64,000 nt of DNA from Mustelus asterias (GCF_964213995.1 NW_027590202.1:558001-622000); one strand, 5' to 3'. Counted from the stretch's first letter, positions 48,981-61,515 are shown. Notes: generated by a model not told the origin, from the sequence alone. Numbers and translations: made by a program.

Positions 48981-51634
48981 AAAGTAGTTTTGCCCAATGT
49001 AATTAATTGTGCTATGCTTTAAGCTAATTTAAGCTCATTTGGCCTCGGCAGCTTGGAATTCTGAGTCCAATTAGAAACTTAGCTGAATTCTCTGAAAGTA
49101 CAATGTAAGGTAAACAAACTTTCTCATGGCCAAGTTGTTAATGTCGCTGGAGACTGCTTGTATGCAATAATAATATCTAATTTAGTTATGCTTTAGAAAC
49201 AGATGTTTTGTTTTGTTCAATCTCAGGCTGGTTTTTGGTTGCTCTCTTTCCCTCTCCTTTCTCTAAAATAACCGTTATTTCGAAAACAATGCTTAAAGAA
49301 AGGCATATTTACTTCAGATCAGTCAAGTTTATTCTGAAGAAATAAACAGACCCTTCAGTTGGCTTAGTGCGAATCACACAACACTTTGCACTGGCTGCAG
49401 CCGGACATTCTATCAAAAGGCATCGCTTTTCTCATTTAAATCACATACCATACAACTCTGATCGTTATATGATGTATTTTTACATTATATCTAATTTGAT
49501 CATTTGTTTGTCCACATTTGAAAGTGCAATGTTTCAGCAGAAATGATCCTTCTATAGACAGATTGTCTCACAAGGTAAACACCAGTGTTTCGTGGTCATA
49601 GATGCCAATAGTTTATGCTGTCAGACACCGCTCTTTAAAAACACAGATAACCGAATAAGCAGTTTGTTGTGGGCAGTCGAATGCTGCAAGATTTTTGAGT
49701 CTGGCTGCAAAGCCAGTCTCCAACTCTTTTTCTCTCTCTCTTAAGTAATCCGGTTTCACTTCCTGTCATGTTAATGTTAATTGTGCAAGCTATTACAAAT
49801 TATGGCAAAGAATGGTGACATGTTTGGAATAACTAGCCTTTTTTTCACAGACTTATGTTTTTATCAATACACAACATATATTATATCGGGTCTCTCAAAA
49901 CCCTCTTAATTTAATTTTAAATTAATCTGTTTCCATTTTTAAACTGAGCTCCAGATCAGAATTCCTTGCACTTTCAGAACAGTAACAAGCACAATACATG
50001 TAACAATAACAAGAGTTACTTGATTAGAAATGTTTTGGTTTGCTTCCTAGCTGGCTAGGTTCTAAGCTTTGCAGTGTTCTTAGATTTGGAAAACCTTGAA
50101 CAATAGATAGAACAATTCCAATGGCAGTGTATAATTTTAACTAGTTACACTATCAGAACTATAATCAATGTGAGATGATTTAAATGATGTAATTTGTTGC
50201 ATGTTATCGGAACATCACACAAGTCTTGAATTTCATATCGGTAACTAACTGGCAACACAAGTTCCAATAATTCATGGTGTTCAATGGTTGGCATCAAATG
50301 CAAATTAAAAATACTCAAGGACAACGTCTTTATTTGTATTCACAACTGAGGTTTTAACTGATTTAATCTCCTGCTGTAACTTGGGATAATCGGAACTACG
50401 ATTCATTGATTTGATAGACTTTAAACTGACTCATAGACAGTATATTCACCTCATTCTTTTGTTCCTGCTTTTCCATTTTTCACCAAATTACTTATGATTT
50501 TTTTAACTTCTCAACTACACTCTTATAATTTCAACTTCAAGACAAGGAAAGGCCACATGGTCCTTCCAAGGTTTAACTCCTTTCTCAACATTAAAACGAA
50601 CAACAACAAAACATTCACGCAATCACGTTGTTAAACACACAGATACACACAGACACACATGGAAGCTTCCAACATTTATTCAGACTTAACATCTTAAACT
50701 GGGATGGAAGTAAAACATTTAAGAATACAGACCGTTGATTAACAGTCGCTTTTATGCTGCTGCCTTCCAAGCTGTAATTCAACTCAAAACAGAAGTAAAT
50801 TCAAGAAATCTTATCACTTTAATCTTTAACCGTTTGTAACAAATACTTCCCCAGCATTTTCTTATCTCATTATTCCACTGAATTATTTCCCTCATCTCTA
50901 ATTATATTAATTTGTCAATTTGGTATTATAGGCGGGCACTCCCTTTTAGCCCGTCTGTCTTTTAATACAGTTTCATGGTTGATCCATGTAACACATTTTA
51001 ATTAGAATGCATTATGGCAGTATAATAATTCCCAGTATGACACACGCACTCCCATTCTATCTTATGTAACTCCCTTCTCTGTTAAATTTTGACTATAATC
51101 TTAAAATTACTGCAAGTCTTATAACTCAGAGGAACATAAACAAGTGATTAATCATCATTTCAAATACGCAGGAATAAGTTATTTATCTTTTCAACTTCAG
51201 TTCTATCAAAAATACATTTTCAAATTTAACAAAAGCCTGATCCAAATAATCCATTTATTTTATCACTTTTAAATATCCCTCCTAAAATAATTATCTTTCC
51301 ACAGGCAGATGCAGTAACTCTCCTTACGACTCTTCAGATGTAACCTAATGCTATTATTCCCACATTCCTCAAATCTCTGTCCGATGCATTATCGTAAAAT
51401 TTACTGGGGAACGTAATTTATTAAACTCGCATTGATCTGCTATACCCCATTCCACCGCATGAGGCTCTCGATCGCAATTACATCTTACATCTCTCTCTCT
51501 CTCTCCCTCCCTCGAGTGAGAGAAACTTACAACCTGTTTGTTTTCTTTTAACCCTTTATTCCCCTTTTAACTGTTTTGTTGCGGTAATTGGTGTATTCCT
51601 TTAACTGAGTCCAATGCTTCCAGACACCCCGACC

Positions 51635-52780
51635 TTACATATCGATGCAGGCACAGGTGTCTCCACTGATAATGACCTCATAGGAGCCTTTCCATTTGGG
51701 GGCAAATCCAGGTTTTCCTGGTAGTGTTTTTACCATAACCTTGCTGCCCGCCGGGGGTACCTCCGGGGTCTGTTCTAGTTTATTTTGCTCATCTATCACT
51801 ATTTGTTTGTCCCATACTGTTTTCCGCATATCTTTCAATTGGGAGCTTAACTCTGATACATATCGTCTAATCCTGTACCGTAATGGGCCTACATCTGCAC
51901 ATTTCCGTGATCCATCCACAAACAGGACCAAATATGGTGCCTCCAGGGGCGCATCTTTTATTCTACTCTCCTCTACCTCTTCGTCTACGTCCCCACATGA
52001 GTGGGGAGACCCTTCACCTAACATTCCTTCTGCGGGGTTCATTCCCATGTCTCGTACAATGGTGATGGACTTAGTGGGTGGGAGAAGCACTGCCTCCCAC
52101 TTCGCCCCTCTCATGTTTGAGACAGACCGCAATTTTCCTGTGTTCAGCATTTCCACCAAAGTATGTTTGGTGTGTAAAACAATCTTCCCCGTCATTATGA
52201 TGGGCTCGCTGACCTTTACTGCCCATGCCGCGCAATCTAGTGCGGCTATACATCTGGGTAACCCGGTTACTACGGGGCCCTCCGCTGTGGAATAATAACA
52301 CACGGGTCGCTGTTTGTCCCCATGGACCTGTGTGACTACTGCCGAATAAAACCCCCCTTCGTGATTACAATAGATAGGAAAATCTTTACTAGCGTCAGGC
52401 AGTCCAAGTCCTGGAGCCTTCATTAGTTCTACTTTTAGTTTACTCTGTGCCCTTTCCTGTTCTGATCCCCATTCGATAACTTCTAGAACGGGTTTCCCCC
52501 CTTTTACTAGCCTTTGTATTGGTTCGGCTAGCCTTGCGAATTCTGGTATAAAGTTGCGGCTGTAATTAAACAGTCCCAAAACCTTCCTTACCCCTCGGAC
52601 GGTTACTGGTCTTGGCATTTGCTGAATGGCTGTTTTCCTGTCCAGTGGCATTTCTTTGGTCCCCTGGGATATCAGGTGTCCCAAATATAACACCTGCGCT
52701 TTCCCTATTTGGGCCTTCCTGGGGCTCGCCTTTAGTCCCTGTTCGTCTAAGTGTTTCAGGACTGAGTATAGTGCCGTCTG
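51635..52780 (-). pseudogene. pol: pol remnant: RT C-terminus, tether and start of RNase H fused to an integrase tail
   Basis: YLGHLIS, VLGLFNYSRNFIPEFA and LFVDGS, then directly DVGPLRYRIRRY..APKWKGSYEV. Confidence 0.92.
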
Positions 52781-52899
52781 GTGATTATCTACACTGGGTC
52801 AATTCCACCACTCCTGTTCATTCGTATCGGGAATTTGGAACAACATTGGCAAGCCAGATACCTCTTTATCTTTCCTTTGATTCTCACATTCACTGATCC

Positions 52900-53432
52900 C
52901 TCTTCTTAATTGTTTTATTGTGGTAATTCTGCTCCAATAAGTGGGAGCATTCCCTCATACTCTCTGAATCTCTGTTTTACACTGGGTGACGGGTTTATAA
53001 TTTTGCTTTTGGCCGTGCACCAGTTCCCCTCCGGGTTACTGGTGCTGAGTTGTATTCTAGCACTTCCCACTCCTCAGGAGGAGCGGTGTGGTCCCTGTGT
53101 GGACTCATTAGGAGGTAGAGGAACAGTTTCCTCTCTCTATTGTTTTTCTTCGAAGACTTGGTTTTGTTTCTCCAATTCTCTTATTCTGAATTCTAGTTCT
53201 CTAATCTTTTTTCTATCTTGCTCAATTAGTCCAGCTAACTGATGTATTAACAATACTCCTATCTTCTTTGCCTCATTTCTCTTTTCTTTATATATCCACA
53301 TTTTCTGCTACTCTAAGGTCTGAGACGTATCCCAGCCATCCTTTTGCATCCTCTTTATTAATGCTTTTTTCTTTGATAAGTACACGTCAATGAGAGGACC
53401 TGCAGATTCCCTCATCCTTCATTATCTGCCAT
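52900..53432 (-). pseudogene. gag: gag N-terminal remnant
   Basis: ALIKRMQKDGWDTSQTLE*QKMW..AKKIGVLLIHQLAGLIEQ plus a coiled coil, with stops. The rest of gag-pro is deleted. Confidence 0.7.
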
Positions 53433-53615
53433 TTTGCAGATTTCACTACCCCCCTTTGGAGCCCTACAGTGCCTGACAAAGTGACCCAGTTTCCTACAAT
53501 TATGGCACGCACCCCTTGGTTTAGCTCCTCCACTGTTTGCACGAACATTTTCCTGTTTTATTTGTAGGTATGGTTTCTCATCTGGTCCATCTCTAATTCC
53601 AGATGCCCAATTCCA

Positions 53616-54074
53616 CTAATTCATCATAGATCTGGGTATTGAGAACTCCCATTTTAAGGATGTTTTGGTGAGCTGGCGACAGCCCGTCTTTAAATGCTTG
53701 TAAAAAGGCTCTATCTGTTCGGGCAGTTTCGGGTACTCCCCAACATTCTTGGTATATTCTAAAGAGTCGCTCCCCAAATTCGGAGGCTCTTTCACCCCTT
53801 TGTTGATTAACATTTTAATTTTTTCTTTGACATCAGCCCATTTCTTACCCGAGACTGAAACCTGTTCAATTAATCCAGCCAATTGATGAACTAAGAGAAC
53901 TCCAATTTTCTTAGTTTTGTTTTTCTTTTCCTCTTCCAGCCATTTTTGTTGTTGGTCTAGTGGATGGTCTAAATCCCATCCCGCTGTTATCATCTGTTTT
54001 ATGAGTCTGTCCCTCTTAGTCATAAATTCATTTATCAGGGACCCAGGGGGTCCCCACTGTCTTTGTCCCGCCAT
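53616..54074 (-). CDS. Open 152-aa pre-gag ORF paralogous to the Gag N-terminus
   Basis: ATG-to-stop ORF sharing GWD..W..KKIGVLL(V/I)HQLAGLIEQ with the downstream remnant. Confidence 0.65.
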   Translation of the reverse strand: MAGQRQWGPPGSLINEFMTKRDRLIKQMITAGWDLDHPLDQQQKWLEEEKKNKTKKIGVLLVHQLAGLIEQVSVSGKKWADVKEKIKMLINKGVKEPPNLGSDSLEYTKNVGEYPKLPEQIEPFYKHLKTGCRQLTKTSLKWEFSIPRSMMN

Positions 54075-54444
54075 AACACTGATAAGTTTATACTCACCAC
54101 CTGGAGTGACTTATTCTCCCTTCTTGCTCTCCCTCTCCCAGGTCGCTCTGATCGGAGTCCGGTGATACCTGTAAGGGTTGATCAGATCCCTCCGTACCAC
54201 CGCTTATACTATTTTTTTTAAGCCGGCTTCTCCTTAGAAGGCTTTTCCTTCTAACTCTTACACATGAAGGCTTTTCCTTCAAACCCCGGCGATCACTCAG
54301 ACAGTCTCTATCTCACTCACGTCTAAACATCACACACTCTTATCACAGATGATTACCCACTGCATTTTGACCCACTCTATTTAGAGTTCGATAATCTATT
54401 CCGGTGTCCCGGTCGTGGCCATTCGACTGGACCGTAAACAGATT

Positions 54445-54462
54445 ATCCCGGACGAGCCCCCA
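54445..54462 (-). promoter_or_regulatory. Primer binding site for tRNA-Pro
   Basis: TGGGGGCTCGTCCGGGAT, an 18/18 complement of the tRNA-Pro 3' end, 2 nt from the 5' LTR. Confidence 0.96.
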
Positions 54463-54464
54463 AT

Positions 54465-55139
54465 TGTTGTAGGTAAAAAACCTCTGACACTATTAGTGGT
54501 TCAAAATGCAGTGTTTATTTTCACAATTGTGGGAGAAGTGAGGTTCCTAACAGTGGAGCCCCAGCCTTCTCATCGAACACAAGTAAGAACAGAGTTTATA
54601 TATGTCCCGGGCCCCGCCCTCATTACATTGCAAAACCTGAGATGGCTGTCATTGTTCATGGTGAGATTCTTGTTGTTTTAGCAGTATCTTCCTCTGCGTA
54701 GTTTGTTCGATCTCCAAGGCCATGATTGTTCGTCATTTATATTCTTGAAACAACATCACAGGTTTTGCACAAACAAGTTAACTAATCTACATGCAGGTTT
54801 GTATAATACTTTATATCAGGATAAGATGAATAACGTATGATGAATATATATATATATGAATCTATGGTGATTCAAAGACAGAAGGCATACATGCCAACTC
54901 CATCGTTTTAAACAAAGGTACATAAAATGGAGACTGTTTAGCTTATTTCGAGCTGGGTCAATCGCATTTCTTGATAACAAATGGAGACAGATGAATAGCT
55001 GTTCCTTTTATCTGGCACAGACATGAAAAACACCGAACTCTGACAAAAACATGGACTCTGCAGTGTTCTAAACAAAATCACAGAGTTCGGGTCTTACTGC
55101 TTTAGTGTGACAAGGGTCATTAACCCATTCCCGACTGCA
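54465..55139 (-). repeat. 5' LTR (675 bp)
   Basis: Direct repeat of 46227-46906. Confidence 0.95.
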
Positions 55140-55289
55140 CAGCCCTTCAGATGGTGAGCCATATGAGAAATAATGGGTATTATTTTGGCTGTCGATATAT
55201 AAATGGAAATGCAAATGTCTTTCAGACAATCCAGAGAATGTTTGCTTAACGATTTCCAGTAATGAGCGGGTTGCCTTATGGAAATATTT

Positions 55290-56735
55290 GGACAGGGTAG
55301 ACACATACATACTGGAAGTTCGAATAGTGTGAGACGTCTTAATGGAAGAGTTTCAGATCTTGAGGGATGTTGACATTGTGGATGTGCACAGAATGTTTCC
55401 GCTTTCGGGGCGAATCCAAAACCCAGTGAGAATGTTTTAAAATAAGGGGTCACTCATTGAAGCCAATGATGAGGAACATTTTATCTCTCAGATCGTCGTA
55501 TGAACAATCAAAAGAGGAACATGCGTAGGCCATTAAGCCCTCGAGCCCGCTCCTCCATTTCATCACTTTTCTTCTAACATCAAATTTGCAATCCACGTAC
55601 ACCTGATCACCAATCAGTATGACTCAGCAAAACCTTATCTACATTTACCTTAAAAATAAGTAAAGTTCTGCTGCCATCGCTTATTGAGAAAGAGAGTTCC
55701 AAAACATGAGGACCAAAAAGACTATAAGGAATAGGAACAAGTGTAAGTCGTTCAGCCCTTCGTGCCTTTTCAGCCATTACTGGAATTGTATAGGGCATTG
55801 GTGAGACGAACGACACCGGGAATATTGTGTTCAGTTTTGCTGTCCTTATCTGTGGAAGGAATTCCTTGCCCGAGAGGGAGTTCAGTGAAAGTTTACAGGC
55901 TTATTCCTGGGATGGCATATGAGGGATTAGCATTACATTCACTCTAGTTCAGGTGACTGAAAGGGGACTCATCGCAACTTATCATATTCTAACAGGGTTA
56001 TACAGGGTAGATTCAGAAAACACAATGTTCCTCATCGCCTCGCATTCTTCTAATCTCCAGTAAACTTCAGCCCAATTTATTCACCCTCTCATCACAGGAC
56101 AACTCCCTCTTCCCAGGGACCAATCTGGTGAACCTTGTCTGTATCGTTTCCAACGCAAGCATGTCCTTAACTAAATGTGGATATCATAACTGCACAGAAT
56201 ATTCAGGATGTGGTCTCAACTAAACGGTGTACAACTGCAGCAACTCCTCGTTATTCTTGTACTCCAGTTTGCCATGAATCAAGACCAAACTGTAACGCCC
56301 CTTCCGAGTTATTTGCTACACATAGATGCGAGCTTGTACGAACACATCTATTTTGTTTTGAATATCAACACATTTTTCACTTTTTCAAATATCACAATGA
56401 TTAGATATTCTTTTCTTCGTAAAAATAGGTAGAGCAGGACATATTTGAAAAAGTGACGGCAGATTTAAAACTAAGATGACGGGAAACTACTTCTCGCAGT
56501 GGGTGGTGAATTGGTGGAACTCGCTGCCCCATTGCGCGGTGGAGTCTGGTTCGTTGAATGGTTTCAAGAAGGGACGGATATATTTCTGATAAAGAAAAAC
56601 GCATGAAAGGAGAACAAATGGGGAGGTGGATTGCCGACAAGGGAGAGATCAACCTGGATCTGATTGAATGGTGGAGCAGAATCAAAGGGCTGAATTTGCC
56701 TACATCTTTTCTCAGTTCCTATGTTCCTATGCTTC
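55290..56735. mobile_element. Jumble of old CR1 3' fragments in both orientations
   Basis: Decayed RT C-terminal and 3' UTR motifs, with a CCTATGTT tail at ~56720. Confidence 0.65.
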
Positions 56736-57166
56736 TTTGAAAGTGTTACTTTCAATTTTCAAAGACCACCAAACTCATCACTGTGGTTCTGTTTCAGTCT
56801 ATGTACAATACATCCTCTGGTTTCCCCTTCACCCACAACACATGTGAGTCCTGCAAATAACTTTGTAATCACCTCATTCTGTGGTGTAACCATTCTGTTA
56901 TTCTATGTTTCCCCCATTTATTTTCTCCTGACTTCCACCCTACCAGATGTTGTTATGTGTCCTCCCTGCCGGATTTCATTTGTTTTAAACTTCCTACATT
57001 TCTAACCATTCCCAGTGATAATGAAAGGTCATGGAGGTGAAAGTTAATTTCTGTTTCCCTATGCATACAAGCTGACGGACTTCCTGAGTTTTTCCATCAT
57101 TATCGCCATTCAGTGAAGATGGCTGATCCGCTTTGGATGGCAAAGCTGACATATTTCCATACAAAT

Positions 57167-57255
57167 GGCTTTTTGGTCGAGGGGTATGAATCTCGCTTTG
57201 GGTGTTAAAATCCGCAACTTTGTGAGAGGTCATGGTTCAAGACCCTGTTAAGGTC
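57167..57255 (+). pseudogene. tRNA-Pro(TGG) pseudogene with an 18-nt intron-like insert
   Basis: GGCTTTTTGGTCGAGGGGTATGAATCTCGCTTTGGG|TGTTAAAATCCGCAACTT|TGTGAGAGGTC..GGTTCAA. Confidence 0.8.
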
Positions 57256-58045
57256 TCATTTAGCTGTTGTTTCGTATTGGGCAAGTCATGGATTTCATTC
57301 TCCTATTTCCCGTGCAAATGCTGGGATTGGCTTTCATGGGGTCTGATTTGAGAACCGGACCACACACTGCAAGGCTTCTGTTCGCAAAATACTCACAAAG
57401 AATCAGGGCATTTTCAAATGTTGAATCTGTTTACAGACATGAACTTAATCCAATTCAGAGGACACCATATTCAGACGGCTGTTGTGTGTATATTGGGATG
57501 TGGATCTCTAACCTTGTTCAGTCGCAATATACCTGTCTCAGACTCTTTCACTCAGTCAGTCTCTCGCTCTGTGAATCAATTACTATTCCCTCTTTTGCTC
57601 TTTGCTCCCTCTAATTTCTCGCTGTCTATGTTTAACCGAGGTTCACTGCATTGGTTCTTGTGACGAGGCCATTGTCCTGGGGAGACAGATTCGGTGGGAT
57701 GAGTCTGCCTTGTCTGTTGATTAGAATGATGAGAGGTGATCAGATTGAAAATTCTGAAAATAGGGAGACAATTTGCCTTCGGACATACTGACACGCTGTT
57801 TCCCCACCTGGTTTGAGTATTTAGATAAAAAAAATTAAGGTTTGCAATGTTTGGAAGGAGGTGCAGCTAAGAAGTGAAAGATGTGAATGAAGTTATTGAT
57901 GATTGAGAGGAATGCATTCTAACCTCAGGGATTCTGTAGGTTGATCAATTGTAAACATTGTAACCAAAACAAGCTGAGACACCAGATGGAAAAGCTATAT
58001 TTATCTCCACGCATGTTAGGATATTGAGTGCCGTCTCCTATATGT

Positions 58046-58105
58046 GTCGGGCTAGCTGAGTCGCTAGAACATGCGATTCTTACTCTTCGAGCCCCACGTT
58101 GGGCA
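58046..58105 (+). pseudogene. tRNA-Lys(CTT) pseudogene with an internal deletion
   Basis: GCTAGCTGAGTCGCTAGAACATG..TTCGAGCCCCACGTTGGGC, with T5 downstream. Confidence 0.8.
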
Positions 58106-59101
58106 CTGCTGTTTTTAAACTTTCCCCTTTCCTGGGTGAACTCCAAATCTCCATTCCTCCGGCAGTGTCATCGCTCACACTGAGTCTTTCTCCCTCCCGC
58201 GTTGTTAATCCCACAGTTACTGGTTTCTGAGTTAAACCGATCTCTGCTTCCATGGAAGTGGAAGAGTTTACTGCTTAATTCAGCGAGAAGTTTTCTACTG
58301 ATTTTCGCGAAATTTGAACCCAGATCGGGGAGATTGTTTCAGTGGAAACTATAATTTCACCCATTGTCATTCAATCACTCCAGTCTTACATCCTATCACA
58401 TGCCTTCCTCCTCTCGCCCTCTATTTTCCTTGACTCTGTATTTGCTCGTAACCCATTTAATCTCTAATTTCTTTCAGTATGGATAAAAGGTCAGTGACCC
58501 GAAACATTCACGCTGTTTCCATCTCTATAGACGCTGGTTAACCTGCTGAGTTTTTCCAACATTTTCTGTTTTGAGATGGGATTTGCATTAACTGCAGTAT
58601 CATTTTTTTCTGGTTCAATTTGGATCAGTTTTCTTTGACTGAGCCTTACCTGTTGAAATCGTTAAAGGGGTGAGTTTTTAAATAATAAGATACAAGGATA
58701 TGTCACCCTGTTTGACATAAATTGAAACAAAATGAGGATTAATCATTTTAGAAGATGTAACTAATTCAATATATATTTTGCAGGGGGTCCACTTACGGCT
58801 GCCATTCACTTTCATCTATCCCAATTTAAGCAAGAAGTGGGACGGCGAGACTCGAGTGCTAAGAGTTACACCATGAAACCAACAACAATCTGACCTAAGA
58901 GACCTCTAGCCTTTCTCACAAAGCACATAGGCCTTTCTCCCAATACACACACACACACACACACACACGCACTTGCTCAATAATTGCCAGTCTCCAGTCG
59001 AATAGTTGTTGTTGCGTGACACTAACTGAACCTTTCTTTCAAAAGAGGAGTTAAAGAGTAGCGAAAAGATGGAAAAAAACATTGATGTTGCAGGCATCTG
59101 G

Positions 59102-60441
59102 AAAGCTCTGGAAAAGAATGGTTCAATCAAGCAGGTGCAGCATGGATTCATGAAGGGAAAGTCATGTTTGACTAATTTACTGGAATCTTTAGAGGATATA
59201 ACGAGTGCGGATGACAGAGGGGAACCGGTGGATGTGGTGTATTTAGATTTCTCGATGGCATTCGATAAGGTGCCTCACAAAAGGTTGCTGCATAAGATAA
59301 AGGCACACGGAGTTGAGGAGTGTTAGCGTGGATTGAGGATTGGCTATCTAAGAGAAAGCAGAGAGTCGGAATAAATGGGTGCTTTTTCAGTTGGCAATTA
59401 GTGACTAGTGGCGTGCCGCAGGGATCGGTGCTGGGGCCTCAACCATTTACCATATACATAGACGATCTGGAGGAGGGGACCGAGTGTAGGGTAACAAAGT
59501 TTGTGGATGACACAAAGATGAGTGGGAAAGCAAATTGCGTGGAGGACACAGAGAGTCTGCAGAGAGACTTGGATAGCCTAAGTGAGCGGGCACGGATCTG
59601 GCAGATGGAGTATGACGTTGGTAAGTGTGAGGGTATCTACTTTGAAAGGAATAGGAGTAAAATGGACTATTATTTAAACGGTGAAAAATTACAACATGCT
59701 ACTGTGCAGAGGGACCTGGGGCTCCTTGTGCATGAATCACAAAAACTCAGTTTGCAGGTGCAGCAGGTAATCACGAAGGCAAATGGAATGTTGGCCTTTA
59801 TCGCGAGAGGGATGGAGTATAAAAGCAGGGAGGTCTTGCTGCACCTGTACAGGGTACTGCTGAGGTCGCACCTCGAGTACTGTGTACAATTTTGGTCCCC
59901 TTATTTAAGAAAGGATATATTAGCTTTGGAGGGGGTACAGAGAAGGTTCACCAGGTTGACTCCGGAGATGAGGGGGTTAGCTTATGAGGAAAGATTGAGT
60001 GGACTGGGCCTGTACTCATTGGAGTTTAGAAGGTTGAGGAGAGATCTTATAGAGACATACAAGATAATAAAGGGGCTAGACAGGGTAGAAGCAGTGGGTT
60101 ATTTCAACTTACAATGGAAACAAGAACTCGGGGCATAGCCTCAAAATACGGGGGAGTCAATTTGGAACAGAGTTGAGGAGGAACTTCTTCTCCCAGAGGG
60201 TGGTGAATCTTTGGAAATCTCTGCCCAATGAAGCAGTGGAGACTACCTCGTTAAATGTGTTTAAGTCACAGATAAATAGATTTTTAACCACTAAGGGAAT
60301 TAGGGTTTTGGTGAGCGGGCGGGTAAGTGGAACTGACCCCACTATCAGATCAGCCATGATCTTATTGAATGGCGGAGCAGGCTTGAGGGGCTAGATGGCC
60401 TATTCCTGCTCCTATTTCTTATGTTCTTATGTTCTTATGTT
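59102..60441 (+). mobile_element. CR1 RT and 3' end with a 7-bp TSD
   Basis: ORFs 59069-60138 and a (TTCTTATG)n tail. CATCTGG lies at 59095-59101 and 60442-60448. Confidence 0.95.
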
Positions 60442-60773
60442 CATCTGGCGCCAGAGGCTCAGCAACGTGCAATGTAAGAGAAGTTGAACTGGCTGACAAA
60501 CTGTCCTCCAGATTCCTACTTCATGAGAAATTTAAACAATAGGTCGCTCAACAAATCAATCCTCAGTAATTGGAAAGAAGAGCAAGCATCCAACTAAACT
60601 TAAACCTGGTTCGCTGGTTTCAGAGTGCTCTCCATTAGACCAGAAAACCGATAACATAGCAGTCAGCTGTAAATGGTCACTCAAAGCATTTGACCCACGA
60701 TTGTTGCTGTCACATTGAATGGAAAAAGGTCACATGCTTTGAGTCAATAATTGCATGAGGCGGCTCTCTTCCT

Positions 60774-60845
60774 GGTTCTGTGGTGTAACAGTGAGCACTC
60801 TGGGCTCTGAATTCAGTGATATGAGTTCAGATCTCGGTGAAACGT
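60774..60845 (+). pseudogene. tRNA-Gln(CTG) pseudogene
   Basis: 72-nt alignment to the Gln consensus. Confidence 0.85.
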
Positions 60846-61044
60846 TGCTTCTATTTGCTAAAGCCGGTGACTGGTTTGCTGAAGGACATTTTATTTGAAA
60901 TTCTGAGAAAGCGAATTTTTGACTCTGAGGATATTTCAGCAAAATCCACCGCAATCACATTGCAGACGATGCAGCGGATGATTCTCCTGGTTTCATTGTT
61001 TCAGCCCCAGAGGACGATAGCTCAAGAATGCAAAGAGCTCGGAT

Positions 61045-61353
61045 CATAAAATCCGTACAGTTCAGAAGGAAGCCATTCGGCCCATCGAACCTACACAGAC
61101 AACAGTCCCCCCCCACCCCTCCCCCCACACCCCCAGACCCTATCCCCATACACTTACCCTCTTTGTCCCCCAGACAGTACGGGAAATGTAACATGGCCAA
61201 TCAACCTACCCGCACATCTCTGTATTGCGCACCGCGTGCAAGCTTCCTTCGACACACGCAGACACGCGGAGAATGTGCAAACTGTAGAGAGTCACCCGAG
61301 GGCAGAATTGAAACCCGGTCCCTGACACTGTGATGCAGCATTGCGCCACTGCG
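61045..61353 (-). mobile_element. HE1-type V-SINE, degenerate
   Basis: Reverse complement of the V-domain and tail. Confidence 0.8.
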
Positions 61354-61445
61354 CCAGAAAAGCCACAGAGGGCAGGGGTTCCCCAACCGGAATCATGCAC
61401 TGAGTCCTCTCTGCCAATTTAAACAAACTTAGAACGAAAGGAAAA

Positions 61446-61515
61446 AGGCTCTACGGAGATTCAAACTCAGTTTGCTTGATTCCCAATCCAGACGCTAACC
61501 AGTTCACCATAGAAC
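61446..61515 (-). pseudogene. tRNA-Gln pseudogene, heavily decayed
   Basis: GAGATTCAAACTC B-box and CACCATAGAAC 5' end, read on plus. Confidence 0.65.

Larger units (their letters stand above)
46227..55139 (-). mobile_element. Endogenous retrovirus (defective provirus, gamma-type env, tRNA-Pro PBS)
   Basis: Direct LTRs with TG..CA ends, a PBS, a PPT and gag, pol and env remnants. Confidence 0.97.

Noticed and set aside
51696-52295. 199-aa antisense ORF in pol
   Set aside because: A shadow of the pol frame with no motif or independent support.
45397-57255. tRNA-Pro relics on both sides of a tRNA-Pro-primed provirus as evidence of targeting
   Set aside because: The region is dense in tRNA relics, and priming uses mature tRNA in trans, so coincidence is sufficient.
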